Shown here: positions 1 through 9,405 of the stretch, in pieces
Numbering within the stretch: position 1 is the first letter of the stretch
Layout: each line of letters opens with the position of its first letter
Source: Bacillota bacterium
GTDB taxonomy: Bacteria; Bacillota; JAAYKD01
Length of the DNA: 64,000 nucleotides
Assembly: GCA_963666425.2 (NCBI GenBank)
Contig: OY762825.2
Coordinates: forward strand, 992,001-1,056,000
Direction: 5' to 3'
Program-made: the position numbers and the translations under genes
The notes under the pieces: model-generated
Told to the model about the DNA's origin: nothing
The model's database searches: none
What the model saw: the letters and a program-made list of their open reading frames with translations, nothing else

Positions 1-60
1 CAGAACACCAGCCAGCTATCATCTCGACTCGATCTAAACTTTAATTGAACTGCTAAAATC

Positions 61-106
61 AAACAGCCTGCCGACGATTCGCTTCGCAATCGTCGGCAGG
101 CTGTTT
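61..106 (-). terminator. Inverted repeat downstream of corA, probable intrinsic terminator
   Basis: AAACAGCCTGCCGACGATT / AATCGTCGGCAGGCTGTTT, a perfect 19-bp stem just after the corA stop. Confidence 0.75.
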
Positions 107-111
107 GATTT

Positions 112-1050
112 TCAGAACATTTTTCGCTTGTAAAGCCGAATAGCACAGGCTCCACTCAAAAAAGTGGCAGCCAAAACAATCAGCCAGAAGGAATACGGTG
201 AAGCGGCAAAAGGTAAATACTCCACATTCATGCCGTAAAAGCTGCCGACAATCGTTGGTACCGAGAGTACGATCGTGATCGCAGCCAAAAAGCGCATGAC
301 GATATTCATATTATTGGAAATAATCGAAGCGAAGGCGTCCATGGTACCGGTGATAATATTGCTGTAAATATCGGTCATTTCGATCGCCTGGCGATTTTCT
401 ATAATGACATCCTCCAGGATCTCAGCATCTTCGGGATAATTCTTGACTTGTTCATGCCGAGTCATTTTTTCCAAGACCACTTCGTTGGACTGCAAAGCAG
501 TGGAAAAATAAACCAGACTCTTCTGCAGTGCCATCATGCGGTATAATTCTTTATTCTCGGTCGAAGCATGCAAGGCATCCTCAATCTCATGGCTTTGTTT
601 GGAAATCAAACGCAGATAATGCATAAAGCGTGAATCATTGCGATACAGCATCTGTAAAATCGTCCGTGTTTTGTAGGCGGTCTGGATATTGCGTACTTTG
701 CCGTTAATAAAATCGTCCAGGATCGTACCGTTATACAAGCAAACCGTCAGCAGCGCTTTCGGTAGAATAATCATGGCAACCGGGATGGTAGTAAAGACAC
801 CGACCTCCGCATCCGGTTCCTGAAAAGGCGTATCCACAACGATCAAAGTCTGCCCTTCATCGGTTTCAATGCGGGCACGTTCTTCATCATCGAGCGCTGC
901 CCTTACAAATTCGGGTAAAACATCCAAGGCCTCACAGGTTTGGCGAATTTCTTCTTCTGTGGGACTCACCAGATGCACCCAACAGCCTTTTTCCTGTTCC
1001 TGTAATGTGATCAATTGACCATTCTCATCGGTTTTAAAAATCGTGATCAT
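112..1050 (-). CDS. corA: CorA-family magnesium/cobalt transporter
   Basis: C-terminal two TM helices with the YGMN signature; start taken at ATG 1050 after AAGGAG RBS. Confidence 0.93.
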   Translation of the reverse strand: MITIFKTDENGQLITLQEQEKGCWVHLVSPTEEEIRQTCEALDVLPEFVRAALDDEERARIETDEGQTLIVVDTPFQEPDAEVGVFTTIPVAMIILPKALLTVCLYNGTILDDFINGKVRNIQTAYKTRTILQMLYRNDSRFMHYLRLISKQSHEIEDALHASTENKELYRMMALQKSLVYFSTALQSNEVVLEKMTRHEQVKNYPEDAEILEDVIIENRQAIEMTDIYSNIITGTMDAFASIISNNMNIVMRFLAAITIVLSVPTIVGSFYGMNVEYLPFAASPYSFWLIVLAATFLSGACAIRLYKRKMF

Positions 1051-1092
1051 TTCTGTCAGCTCCTTTTTTGCCTGCAAAAAAAGAGTGCCGGA

Positions 1093-1197
1093 CTAAGCCG
1101 AAAAAACAGATTGATCGGCAGCGGTTTTCATGCAGAATTTATTTTGTTTTAGAAGTATCCTGTGTATAGGGCAACTACTTCCGGGGTCGCCATCCAT
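1093..1197 (-). CDS. Putative 34-aa leader peptide (uORF) upstream of corA: MDGDPGSSCPIHRILLKQNKFCMKTAADQSVFSA
   Basis: Strong RBS GGAGGTGG 1210-1203, ATG at 1197, TAG at 1095-1093 inside a hairpin followed by a U-tract. Confidence 0.5.
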   Translation of the reverse strand: MDGDPGSSCPIHRILLKQNKFCMKTAADQSVFSA

Positions 1198-1363
1198 TCA
1201 AACCACCTCCGCTGTTAGTGTAACGCAACAGATCAGAAAAAGCAAGAAAAAAATTGAAAATCGACGAATATTTTTTGGTTTAAGCCGGTGGGGAGCGATT
1301 AGCGCTGATTTGCTCGCTTGATTTCACGATAGCAAGCTCTCAGCCGAGATTCTTGCCTTCAGT

Positions 1364-1400
1364 AAAAAAGGCAGATCGAAATTACTTTCGATCTGCCTTT
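1364..1400 (-). terminator. Intrinsic terminator after the M20 peptidase gene
   Basis: AAAGGCAGATCGAAA/TTTCGATCTGCCTTT stem with T-tract on the minus strand. Confidence 0.75.
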
Positions 1401-1403
1401 GGT

Positions 1404-2555
1404 TTATTTCTCTAGCTGCATCACTGCGCAGACACTGTTAAGAAAGAGTGTCATGCCCAAATCAATTCCTTCAATCTGCAGCCATTCGTCGGTGCGATGC
1501 GCATTGCCACCATAGGCACAGCCAAAACAAACAGCCGGCACATGATAAGACATGGCCACATTGGCATCCGTACTGCTGGCGCTGGTCTCAATACTCAAAC
1601 CAAGCTGCGCCAACTGCTGTTGGATGGTAACAACCAATGCATGGTCGGCAGCAGTCTCCCCGCCGGGACGATCGCCTTTCAGAATCACTTCTACCTCAAC
1701 ACCGTCCGCTTTTTGAACCTCCGTGATGATCGTTCGCACTTCGGCTTCCACTGCTTCCAAAGCCGTGCGCTGCGTCGAACGCATATCGATCAGCATGCTG
1801 GCCTCTGCTGCAATCGTATTGATCGAAGTGCCGCCTTCAATTACACCAACGTTATAGGTGGTTTTCGGATTTTGCGCGACTTTGATTTCCGCAATCCGTG
1901 CGATCATCTTACCCAAAGAATGTACAGCACTGGGGACGCCAAAATCACCGAAACTATGGCCGCCACCGGTCTTTATTTTCACCTGCAGTCTGCGGCTGGT
2001 GATACCGCCATTGGTCACACCGCCCAAAGCGCCGTCAATCACCAGCACGTAATCCACTTGCTGATGATAGGTTTTCATGGCTTCCTTCATGCCTTTTAAA
2101 TCGCCAAGACCTTCTTCCCCGGAGGTGGCGACACAAAGCAGATCACCGGGCAACTGGATCTGGAAGGCTTTCAGCGCTTCAATCAACCAAATCATGCTGG
2201 TGACACCAAATGAATTATCCCGGATACCGGGCGCATACAGCCTGCCGTCTTTTCTGGTGACTGTGAGATCGGTCCCACGCGGAAAAACGGTATCATGATG
2301 CGCTGCCAGCATCACAACCGGACCTGAACCGCTGCCGGGATACCAGCCAATCACATTGAGTGCGCTGTCGATTGAAACATTCTGCAAACCAAGCTGAGTA
2401 AAGCGTTCCTGTAAATAAGCAGCGCGGTCTCCTTCATCCCAGCTGGGAGAAGGGACAGAGCAAATACCGATATCCTCTTGCAGCATCTCTTCGACATGAT
2501 CTAAAAACCATTGCCTTGTTTGTAATAACTGCGGATATTTTCGAGAAAGTTCCAT
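1404..2555 (-). CDS. M20/M25/M40 family metallopeptidase
   Basis: Zn-ligand motifs AHHDTVF, GIRDN, GEEG and C-terminal NAHRTDE. Confidence 0.88.
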   Translation of the reverse strand: MELSRKYPQLLQTRQWFLDHVEEMLQEDIGICSVPSPSWDEGDRAAYLQERFTQLGLQNVSIDSALNVIGWYPGSGSGPVVMLAAHHDTVFPRGTDLTVTRKDGRLYAPGIRDNSFGVTSMIWLIEALKAFQIQLPGDLLCVATSGEEGLGDLKGMKEAMKTYHQQVDYVLVIDGALGGVTNGGITSRRLQVKIKTGGGHSFGDFGVPSAVHSLGKMIARIAEIKVAQNPKTTYNVGVIEGGTSINTIAAEASMLIDMRSTQRTALEAVEAEVRTIITEVQKADGVEVEVILKGDRPGGETAADHALVVTIQQQLAQLGLSIETSASSTDANVAMSYHVPAVCFGCAYGGNAHRTDEWLQIEGIDLGMTLFLNSVCAVMQLEK

Positions 2556-2615
2556 GTTTGATTCCAGCCTTTCCTTTTGATTTGATATCTGCCTCGGCGT
2601 TTCAAAAAAAGCCAG

Positions 2616-4262
2616 CTAGATTCTCGGTTCTGCTTTCTTCTTTTCCTCCGCTTCGGATGATTCCTGCGCATTCATTGGCTCTTCTGTTATCGCAGAGGCG
2701 GACGCTGCGGCTGCTGCGAGACAACCCGGATAGGCAGCATTCTCCTCCGTCTCAGTCAGCGGCAAAGCTTCTGCTGCCGTTTCCAGTTCCTGTAAAGGTT
2801 GTTCCGGTAATGCCGCCATCACAGCTCGTTCCTCTGCCCAAAGGTGTAAAGCCAACATATATTCGCTCATAGTGCGGGAGAGCGGCACTGTCTTTTCGAT
2901 ACCTGCCAGCAAATCCTGTTGATCCAACTGCCTGTTGGCATCGAATGCTTCCACCATACCGGTAATCACAGCTTGTTCAATTTCTGATCCGCTGTAACCT
3001 TCCGAAGCATCAGACAAAGTCCTTAAATCAAATTCACTCAAAGTTTTTCTGCGTTTGCTCAAATGAATTTGGAAAATATCCATTCTTTCCTGTGGCTGCG
3101 GTAAATCAACAAAAAAGATTTCGTCGAACCGACCTTTCCGCAGTAATTCCGGTGGCAGCTTTTCAATTGCATTGGCGGTAGCAAATACAAAGACCGCCGT
3201 CGTTTTCTCCTGCATCCAAGTCAGGAACGTGCCGAAGACTCTGGCACTGACACCGGAATCACCGCTGCCGCCGGTACCGGCCAGACCCTTTTCAATTTCA
3301 TCAATCCATAAAATACAGGGAGCGATCGCTTCGGCTGTTTGAATTGCCTTGCGCATGTTTTCCTCTGACGAACCCACAATTCCGGCAAAAATCTTACCCA
3401 TATCGAGGCGCAGCAGCGGTAGTTGCCACAATGCAGAGGCCGCTTTGGCGCACAGGCTCTTACCGCAGCCGGGAATACCGGTCACCAGCACACCTTTGGG
3501 CGCCGGTAAGCCAAAAGCCTTGGCTTCATCGGTGAAGGAGCGCCCGCGTTTGCGCAGCCATTCCTTCAATGCGCCCAAACCGCCTACCGCTTCCATTCCT
3601 TCTGTGACCGGATAATAATCCAGAATACCAGTTTTACGAATAACCTGCCGTTTTTCTTCTAAGATTAAATCAATATCCGCTGCGTCCAGCACCCCATCGG
3701 TGACAACCGCCTTGGAAAAAGCATTTTCAATCTCATCCAAGGTCAATCCCTGTGCTGCTTTCACCAGCTTTTCCCGTTCCGCCGTGGATAAATTCACCTT
3801 ATATTGATGTTCTCCTTGTTGCTGCACCACTGTATCCAGCAGGGTATTGATTTCTTCTTCGCCGGGTAAAAAGAAATCCACCACGGTAACAACCTTCTGC
3901 AATTCCACCGGGATGGTCAAGGTAGGACTGATTAAGATGATCGTCTTGAAATCCTGCTTGATCACACCAGCCAGATTTTTTAGTTTTCTGACGGTTACAT
4001 TGCGTGATTCCAGGAAAGGATGAAAATCCAAAAAACAAAAAATAGCCGGACGGTTAAATTTTTCCACAAATTCCAAAGCCGCCAAAGGTTCGACCGTGTT
4101 CGGTACCGCTGCCAACCCCCTGCGGTACAATCCGGTCGCGACAGTCCAGGTATAGACAACTTTGGCGATCGGTCCACTGCTTGCCACTTCCTGTATGGTA
4201 TCGACAATGCGTTTTTCTTCCCAGGAAGGGACATACAACAAGGGGTAACGGGCTTTGATCAA
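2616..4262 (-). CDS. AAA+ ATPase, Ycf46/SpoVK-like (degenerate N-terminal domain plus intact AAA domain); start may be 11 codons further upstream (ACG at 4295)
   Basis: Walker A GIPGCGKS, Walker B ILWIDEIEK, SRH LPPELLRKGRFD; N-terminal ARYPLLY..EEKR typical of the Ycf46-like group. Confidence 0.88.
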   Translation of the reverse strand: MIKARYPLLYVPSWEEKRIVDTIQEVASSGPIAKVVYTWTVATGLYRRGLAAVPNTVEPLAALEFVEKFNRPAIFCFLDFHPFLESRNVTVRKLKNLAGVIKQDFKTIILISPTLTIPVELQKVVTVVDFFLPGEEEINTLLDTVVQQQGEHQYKVNLSTAEREKLVKAAQGLTLDEIENAFSKAVVTDGVLDAADIDLILEEKRQVIRKTGILDYYPVTEGMEAVGGLGALKEWLRKRGRSFTDEAKAFGLPAPKGVLVTGIPGCGKSLCAKAASALWQLPLLRLDMGKIFAGIVGSSEENMRKAIQTAEAIAPCILWIDEIEKGLAGTGGSGDSGVSARVFGTFLTWMQEKTTAVFVFATANAIEKLPPELLRKGRFDEIFFVDLPQPQERMDIFQIHLSKRRKTLSEFDLRTLSDASEGYSGSEIEQAVITGMVEAFDANRQLDQQDLLAGIEKTVPLSRTMSEYMLALHLWAEERAVMAALPEQPLQELETAAEALPLTETEENAAYPGCLAAAAASASAITEEPMNAQESSEAEEKKKAEPRI

Positions 4263-4287
4263 AACAGAAAAAGCCTCTCTGTTGATT

Positions 4288-5061
4288 TTATTCGTAACGA
4301 TCCTTCCTTTCTTCTTCCGGCAGTGCGGATTTTTTCAGAATCAGCCGCTGCATCAATTCTGTCATCTCTTCCTGAAGATCAGCCAATGACCAATGAGCAA
4401 CTCTTTCTAAGCTAAATTCCGGATAGCGATATTGAAATGTTTTTGGCGCCACATGGAAAACCATGCCGATGCCTTGGCTCAAATAACTGTAAATCGCCGC
4501 TGGCGCGGTTTCACCCAGCATCTGGCGGCGTAAGATCTCTTCTACCTCCGTCTGTCGAAAAGCAATGCCATTCTCCTGCAGAAAGGCAAGATGATATTGC
4601 ACCGGCTGATGCCACTCGGGCAACAAAAAGCTGCTGAGTTTCAGATCCGGCTGAACCGGACGCTGTTTGAAAGCCAAATAAATCACCGGTGCCTGACCGA
4701 CAGTCGAGGGAAAACGCAGTACCAAACCTCCAGCCGGTTCCAGGACACGTGTCATCTTTTCTTCATCAATAAAACGCAGCAAATTTTGCTCGGATCGGCT
4801 GACATGCAGCGGAGAAAAATCCTCCAGATCATAACCGGTTGCCGTCAGCGGTACTCCGGCCTTTAAGAAAACACTGATCAAGTTATATATGGAAATCGCC
4901 TCAATTCGGGTAACACTTCCCTCTTGCACCCCGGCAACCTGCAGAATCGCTTCTGCATCCCGGCGGATTTCCATTCGCTCCTCAATAGAATAGGTGACAT
5001 CTTCCCGCACAGCCAATCGCTCCTTTGTTCGAATTTTTATATCCGGGAAGGAAGAAGCCAA
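4288..5061 (-). CDS. Hypothetical protein, apparently co-transcribed with the AAA ATPase (true start may be ATG 4974)
   Basis: 257-codon ORF ending immediately before the ATPase; no recognisable motif. Confidence 0.65.
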   Translation of the reverse strand: MASSFPDIKIRTKERLAVREDVTYSIEERMEIRRDAEAILQVAGVQEGSVTRIEAISIYNLISVFLKAGVPLTATGYDLEDFSPLHVSRSEQNLLRFIDEEKMTRVLEPAGGLVLRFPSTVGQAPVIYLAFKQRPVQPDLKLSSFLLPEWHQPVQYHLAFLQENGIAFRQTEVEEILRRQMLGETAPAAIYSYLSQGIGMVFHVAPKTFQYRYPEFSLERVAHWSLADLQEEMTELMQRLILKKSALPEEERKDRYE

Positions 5062-5123
5062 CCCGGCTAGAATTGAATAAGAGAATTACACATTTTAAAT
5101 AAAAGGATAAAGGTTGATATCTC

Positions 5124-6041
5124 ATGCAAATTGCTCGCTTAATCCCCACTGATCTTCGCTTGGAACCTTTGCTCGGGGAAATCGCTGCCACTCTGGATCA
5201 TACTGTCTACAACAAAACGACCACGCTCAGTAATTTACGGGATTTGATCCAGAGTTACCAAGGTCTGGTTGTCTCAGACAGCAGTAAAATTTACGCTTTT
5301 CTTATCTATCATTTAAAGGGATCGGTTTGTTTTCTCGACTTTGCCTTCGCCGGAGCCTATCAGACACGTAAAGCGATGCTGAATCATTTAATTGCGGCAC
5401 TCAGCCGTTTGAGCAAAGACGATCCGGAAATCGACACCATCCGCTGTGATTTTATCCCTTGGTTTGCCGATGCTTTGCCGGAAGCATTGCTTGCCAATCA
5501 TTTTCTGCTGAGTCCCCGGCTTTTGATGCGGGCGGATGCTCCTTTCCGTTTTCCGGTTGAAGCAAATCCAGACCGATCCATGCTGCCTTGGCAGCCGGAA
5601 TATCATCAGCAGGCTGCTCAATTGCTGGCGCAGATTTTCAGCGGCAGTGAGGAGAGCCGCTGGGATTCCTCCATTCGCAGCACGGCAGGCTGCCGTCAAT
5701 TTTTGGCAGAAACCTACAGCGGCCGCTTTGGTATTTTCGATCCGGGTATTTCCACTTTGCTGCGCTATCAGGATCAACCGGCAGGGCTGGCCTTGTGCTC
5801 CTGGGGAGAAGAGGGTGACGGCTTTATTGCAGCCTTCGGTGTACTGCCTCAATTTGCCGGGCATGGCTTGGGCAGCAGCTTATTGCGTCATGTTCTGCAC
5901 GAATTCGATGCCATGCTGGCTCCGGCGGTAGAATTGGCTGTTAGTCAAAGCAATGAAGCGGCAGTCCGTTTGTACACCTCTCATCAATTCGAGATAAAAG
6001 ACAAAGCTTCCTTGTATTACTTTTCGATCGTACGAGATTAA
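5124..6041 (+). CDS. GNAT family N-acetyltransferase (tandem GNAT)
   Basis: Acetyl-CoA motif VLPQFAGHGLGS and N..AVRLY. Confidence 0.8.
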   Translation: MQIARLIPTDLRLEPLLGEIAATLDHTVYNKTTTLSNLRDLIQSYQGLVVSDSSKIYAFLIYHLKGSVCFLDFAFAGAYQTRKAMLNHLIAALSRLSKDDPEIDTIRCDFIPWFADALPEALLANHFLLSPRLLMRADAPFRFPVEANPDRSMLPWQPEYHQQAAQLLAQIFSGSEESRWDSSIRSTAGCRQFLAETYSGRFGIFDPGISTLLRYQDQPAGLALCSWGEEGDGFIAAFGVLPQFAGHGLGSSLLRHVLHEFDAMLAPAVELAVSQSNEAAVRLYTSHQFEIKDKASLYYFSIVRD

Positions 6042-6123
6042 TTTCCTCTTCTCTGGCTTCGCTGTGCAGGAAACGAGCCGGCGATTGGCTGCCAAATCAA
6101 ATCGTCACGGCTGCCTCCGCTGC

Positions 6124-6162
6124 AAAAAGGGTAGATACTGAACTTGCGGTATCTGCCCTTTT
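6124..6162. terminator. Bidirectional terminator between convergent genes
   Basis: AAAAGGGTAGATAC...GTATCTGCCCTTTT. Confidence 0.7.
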
Positions 6163-6192
6163 GCTTGCATCGAAAGCGCCTCGGCGCGGCGG

Positions 6193-7269
6193 TCAATATT
6201 TCCCGGTTCCTGCAGGGATCAACTGAAAACCCATGCCGTGCCGGATATACGGCAGCAATGCAAGGCTTTTTTCAGTGACTTGGCCGATTCTGTTCTGTCT
6301 GGGATCGGCAGGCAGCGCCAAGCGGGCAATTTCCAGCTCACCGGAGTAGCGTTCATAGAGATGATTCGCCAGACAAATGCTGCCCTGCGGACGCTGCCAA
6401 CCGGCAGAGTCCGCTGCGATAGCGCTGCCTTTTTCCGCGTAATTACGACTGGTAACCGAGCGGATCACATAGGGTGAACTATCCTGTCTTTCCTGCTGCG
6501 GTAAGTGATACCACCGCTCTGAGCCACTGTGCAGTTGTACCTCAATTTTCAACTGATTCTGCAGCAAGTCCTGGCAGGCTTGCCACGAACCGCTGCTCAA
6601 AGCGGCATCTCCTACAATCACCTGATCCGTTTCGGTCTCCTGCCATAACTGCAGATAAGCAAGCAGCGGCGGTTGCAGGCGCGTAGTCTCTACGGTTGGT
6701 AACCCTGCCCGAATCGGCTCCCGTTTCTCTGCATCTCCAGCGATAAACGCCATCGTTTGCATTCCGTATTGGTGACACAAGCGATTCTGTTTTTGTACAT
6801 CTTCACGACTCAAGCCGCTGTAAGGTTTGGGATAAAAATTATGGCAGGCTGCCAGGTGATCAAATTGCGCATTGGCCTTTTGCAAACTCTGCAGATAAGC
6901 TTCATCTAAAGTGGAAGCATTCAACAAAACAGGTGAATCCTGACTATACCCGGCAATTTCCTGGATCGAAAAACCATAATCGATACGAGTATACTCCAGC
7001 TGCAACTCTCTTACCGCTGCGAGATTGCGGCACTGCAGAGCTTCAAGGCTGGTCGGCCCGATATCGGCAATCAATTGCAGACCAAACTGCCGGGTTAATT
7101 TTGCCAGATGATTGAATTGCCTGAGCAAATTGACAGTAGTTTGCTCAGGCAGATGCAGTGAGGTAAAAATCCAGCGCATCCCGATGGCAGCCGCCTGTTC
7201 AACAGACGACTCCATCTGCGTCAAGGAGCCATTCAGATAGACTCCAATTCCCAAACCTGGTGTTTTCAT
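6193..7269 (-). CDS. MupG/DUF871 family protein (6-phospho-N-acetylmuramidase-like)
   Basis: IFTSLHLPE, RIDYGF, LNAST, ACHNFYP..SGLS, GLPTVE, RYSGELEI motifs. Confidence 0.88.
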   Translation of the reverse strand: MKTPGLGIGVYLNGSLTQMESSVEQAAAIGMRWIFTSLHLPEQTTVNLLRQFNHLAKLTRQFGLQLIADIGPTSLEALQCRNLAAVRELQLEYTRIDYGFSIQEIAGYSQDSPVLLNASTLDEAYLQSLQKANAQFDHLAACHNFYPKPYSGLSREDVQKQNRLCHQYGMQTMAFIAGDAEKREPIRAGLPTVETTRLQPPLLAYLQLWQETETDQVIVGDAALSSGSWQACQDLLQNQLKIEVQLHSGSERWYHLPQQERQDSSPYVIRSVTSRNYAEKGSAIAADSAGWQRPQGSICLANHLYERYSGELEIARLALPADPRQNRIGQVTEKSLALLPYIRHGMGFQLIPAGTGKY

Positions 7270-7470
7270 AGGATCACGCTCCTGTATAAGCCGTTTTTCG
7301 TTTCATAAACATCACTGCTTGCCTGCACTCAAATCAAGACAGCAGTCAATTGCTCCGCTCCGGATATCACCCAGTCTGCGCTTTTATGCGTCAGAGCCCT
7401 GTATAAAAAAGCCGCAGTCGCTATAGACTGCAGCTGATTATCGAGAACATCATAAAATCTGCGTTTCGAC

Positions 7471-7821
7471 TTAAAACCCACCGAGAAAAGCTAAAAAGGC
7501 CAAAACGGCTATGACAATCGCCATGCCACGGGCTGTCTTTTTTTTGGCTTCCTCCGGTTCGGTCTTTGTCATCCAAAAGAATAATGCCGCTGTAATAGCA
7601 TAACTGAAACAGGGATTCAACTCGACCTTGGCCATCAGCTGCAGAATGCTCAGGCCGCTGATCACATAAGCATAGATGGTGATTTGCTTTTTTCGGCGCT
7701 GAAAGCCCTCCGGATCTTTCCCACTCAGCTTATCAGCAAATTGATTAATACCAAAGACCAAGATTCCGCTGAAAACCAGCCAAATGAATGCATTCCATGG
7801 AATCGTACTCCAATCAACCAT
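7471..7821 (-). CDS. Small integral membrane protein (about 4 TM)
   Basis: Strong RBS GAGGAGGA, hydrophobic segments, downstream hairpin/T-tract at 7405-7436. Confidence 0.7.
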   Translation of the reverse strand: MVDWSTIPWNAFIWLVFSGILVFGINQFADKLSGKDPEGFQRRKKQITIYAYVISGLSILQLMAKVELNPCFSYAITAALFFWMTKTEPEEAKKKTARGMAIVIAVLAFLAFLGGF

Positions 7822-8054
7822 ACTTTATCCTCCTCGTTTGGTTTGCCGTTGGCCGGGATCCGAATTCTTGCAGCGGTCCTGACAGAGTATTGCACTTAAA
7901 TACGGCTGTAAACCTATCTAGGTATCAATTTGATTTCTACACAACATTTTCCTTCTTTTCTCCCGATATCTTTTCCGGATTACCCTCTTTACCATTTGCA
8001 TTTATAAAGGTATAATGATAGGGGTATCCCAAGAAATACAGGAGGTCATTCTCG

Positions 8055-9260
8055 ATGAAAGTTTTAGTTCTCAATTGCGGCAGCTCTTCTTTAAAGTATC
8101 AATTATTTGATGCAACCGATGAAAGCGTTCTTGCCAAAGGCCGCGTAGAACGGATCGGTATTGACGGGTCTTTCCTAGTGCACAAAGGCAGCGGAGACGA
8201 AATCACGGTAGAGACAGCAATGCCTGATCACAAGGTAGCTATTAAGAACGTTTTAAATATGCTCACCAATGAAAAATACGGTGTGATCAAATCCTTTGAT
8301 GAAATTGGAGCGGTGGGGCATCGTGTTGTGCACGGCGGAGAAGATTTCTCTGGATCCGTACTGATCACCGAAGCAGTCAAGGCGTCCCTAACCCGCAATA
8401 TCGAACTGGCGCCGCTGCACAATCCGCCAAATCTGATGGGCATCGAAGCAGTGGAAGCTGCCATGCCCGGTGTGCCGAATATCGGTGTCTTTGATACCGC
8501 TTTTCACTCCACCATGCCGAAGTTCAGTTATCTTTACGCTTTGCCCTATAGCCTCTATGAAAAGTATAAAATCCGCCGTTATGGCTTCCACGGCACTTCT
8601 CATAAATTCGTTTCCCAGCGCTGCGCTGTGCTGATGGGCAAACCGATCGAAGCATTGAAAATCATCACGGCTCATTTGGGCAATGGCTGTTCTCTGACTG
8701 CCGTCGATGGCGGTAAATCCGTCGATACTTCGATGGGTTTCACTCCCCTGGAAGGCGTCATGATGGGAACCCGCTCCGGTGATTTTGATCCCGCTATCGT
8801 TGGTTACGTCATGCAAAAAGAAAATCTGAGCTTTGATGAATTCAGTAAAATGGTCAACAAAGATTCCGGTATGCTCGGTATCACCGGTATTTCCAGCGAT
8901 ATGCGCGATGTGGAAACCGCTGCCGATGCCGGCAATGATCGCGCTTTGCTGGGTTTGGATATGTTTGAGTATCAGATTCGCAAAATGATCGGCTCCTATG
9001 TAGCTGTGCTCAATGGTATTGACGCGCTTGTCTTTACGGCGGGAATCGGCGAAAATGATTCTGCCATGCGCAGTAAAATCTGCAGCCATCTGGGCTGGTT
9101 GGGCGTCGAAATCGACGAAAACCTCAATAACAATCGTAAGATCAAGGAAAAAGAAATTTCCACGGCAAATTCCAAAATTCGTGTCTTTGTCATTCCCACC
9201 AACGAAGAACTTGCCATCGCCAGAGACACCTACGCCATCGTGACCGGCAAAATGAAATAA
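8055..9260 (+). CDS. ackA: Acetate kinase
   Basis: VLNCGSSSLKY, GHRVVHGG, APLHNP, RYGFHGTSH, TSMGFTPLEG, PTNEE. Confidence 0.98.
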   Translation: MKVLVLNCGSSSLKYQLFDATDESVLAKGRVERIGIDGSFLVHKGSGDEITVETAMPDHKVAIKNVLNMLTNEKYGVIKSFDEIGAVGHRVVHGGEDFSGSVLITEAVKASLTRNIELAPLHNPPNLMGIEAVEAAMPGVPNIGVFDTAFHSTMPKFSYLYALPYSLYEKYKIRRYGFHGTSHKFVSQRCAVLMGKPIEALKIITAHLGNGCSLTAVDGGKSVDTSMGFTPLEGVMMGTRSGDFDPAIVGYVMQKENLSFDEFSKMVNKDSGMLGITGISSDMRDVETAADAGNDRALLGLDMFEYQIRKMIGSYVAVLNGIDALVFTAGIGENDSAMRSKICSHLGWLGVEIDENLNNNRKIKEKEISTANSKIRVFVIPTNEELAIARDTYAIVTGKMK

Positions 9261-9296
9261 GAAAACCAAGTCAAATCCTTCAATCTATTGTATTAG

Positions 9297-9371
9297 AAAC
9301 CCGGACAGCTGCCTATGACGCACCTTCAGTTTGCACTGAGGATGGCTATAGGCAGCTGTCCGGGTTTTTTT
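9297..9371. terminator. Long compound hairpin / terminator between ackA and the convergent peptidase gene
   Basis: Perfect 20-bp arms AAACCCGGACAGCTGCCTAT / ATAGGCAGCTGTCCGGGTTT with an inner stem, followed by a T-run. Confidence 0.75.
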
Positions 9372-9405
9372 GATATTCGTGATCAGACCATCGGCTGGTT
9401 CAATG

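Noticed and set aside
1078-1320. M-box (ykoK) riboswitch upstream of corA
   Set aside because: No M-box consensus segments recognised; a uORF/attenuator fits the sequence better. The 1130-1321 plus-strand ORF is antisense noise.
8388-9269. 293-aa antisense ORF over ackA, and similar long shadow ORFs (1497-2099, 39847-40503, 57854-58681, 60192-60806)
   Set aside because: They fully overlap conserved genes on the opposite strand and have no motifs; codon-bias artefacts.
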